Shown: piece by piece, positions 63,396 through 64,000 of the stretch
Position numbering within the stretch: position 1 is the stretch's first letter
Layout of the letters: each line of letters opens with the position of its first letter
Virus record (IMG/VR): IMGVR_UViG_3300020392_000005
Source of the DNA: a virus
Reading direction: 5' to 3' (one strand)
Length of the DNA: 64,000 nucleotides
Notes under the pieces: model-generated
Seen by the model: only the letters and a program-made list of their open reading frames with translations
What the model was told of the DNA's origin: nothing
Databases searched by the model: none
Program-made: the position numbers and the translations under genes

Positions 63396-64000
63396 TTATT
63401 CATCGCTTCCTGTTGAAGGATTATATCTCTTTATATCAGTAAAGAAATCAATAGAAGTTGTGAAACCAAAATCATCACCAGGTTTTGCACTTGCAGGATT
63501 AGGTGTGATTACTATTCTTTCATTTCTTGCTAAAGGTTCATCTGTACTAGAACCTAAATCTGTTTGTACTTTTCTTACAACACCTTGACTTGTTTGTGGA
63601 CCATATAGATAAGTCTTTGCTGTAAATGACATAGTATATATAACTGCTCTTCGTGTGTTAAAATCACCATCATAATTATCTTCGTAATTTATATCACCTA
63701 ATACAATAGGTACATCACGCTTGATATTCATTTTAGGTATCATATTAATTGTAACCGTATAATCAGGTTGAAAGAACGGAACAATCTGTTCAACTATTTG
63801 TAAACCATTTTCAGCAGTTGCTGTAAATATATAAAGTTGATATGTGATATTATAAGGCACAGGATTATAACTAAAGACCATCTTATTAGTCTGGTCACTA
63901 GAAGAACCATCTGTCTTTTGTGTTCTAATTCTTTCTATCTTATTTAATTTCCTACTTGCGTCATATTCTAAATTCGTAATCTGAAAACCCATACGAGGTA
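63396..64000 (-). CDS. 15: Tail sheath stabilizer/completion protein (T4 gp15), 5'-truncated
   Basis: PVPYN, QIVEQI.PFFQP, F.AKTYLYGP, DDFGF. Confidence 0.9.
   Translation of the reverse strand, partial: PRMGFQITNLEYDASRKLNKIERIRTQKTDGSSSDQTNKMVFSYNPVPYNITYQLYIFTATAENGLQIVEQIVPFFQPDYTVTINMIPKMNIKRDVPIVLGDINYEDNYDGDFNTRRAVIYTMSFTAKTYLYGPQTSQGVVRKVQTDLGSSTDEPLARNERIVITPNPASAKPGDDFGFTTSIDFFTDIKRYNPSTGSDE

Noticed and set aside
529-63588. The many plus-strand ORFs in the six-frame track
   Set aside because: All lie antisense to well-supported minus-strand genes, have S/F/L-rich shadow composition and show no recognisable motifs.
1-64000. CRISPR array, integrase, transposase or diversity-generating retroelement
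   Set aside because: No spaced repeats, recombinase, transposase or reverse-transcriptase motifs were found by eye.

Overview
A 64-kb segment of an AT-rich T4-like myovirus genome with essentially every gene on the minus strand. The host is probably a marine alphaproteobacterium such as SAR11; this is inferred from the alpha-type S21, FdxA and peroxiredoxin and the absence of photosynthesis genes. In transcription order (right to left) it carries: (1) tail and head genes 15-16-17-18-19-20-22-21-23 and 3, interrupted by 2OG-Fe(II) oxygenases, a ferredoxin and an AlkB/XylM-type membrane monooxygenase; (2) uvsY-uvsW-55-47-46; (3) an accessory block with peptide deformylase, a hydroxylase, a PLP enzyme, an MBD4-like glycosylase and DNA methyltransferases; (4) cobT/cobS, ribosomal protein S21, a structured ncRNA, hsp20 and peroxiredoxin; (5) the replisome 45-44-62-regA-43-uvsX-41, with RimK and a 2Fe-2S ferredoxin inserted; (6) tRNA-Arg(UCU); (7) a late-promoter-driven block of enzymes and modular proteins. 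Five observations stand out. First, the late block (ligase-like DUF6267, adenylate kinase, P-loop kinase, and a PAP2/pol-beta NTase/HIGH-NTase fusion) carries T4-style capsid-targeting leaders and gp21-type cleavage sites at domain boundaries, suggesting a head-packaged, protease-processed RNA-repair or nucleotide-rescue cargo. Second, GATC, GANTC and GATGC appear to survive almost only in GGA/TCC context, pointing to a sequence-specific phage DNA modification. Third, a ~195-nt RNA with two tandem H-type pseudoknots follows rpsU. Fourth, three early promoters share a palindrome abutting the -35. Fifth, back-to-back divergent promoters upstream of gene 55 include an antisense one. All family calls come from motif recognition by eye; no database searches were run.
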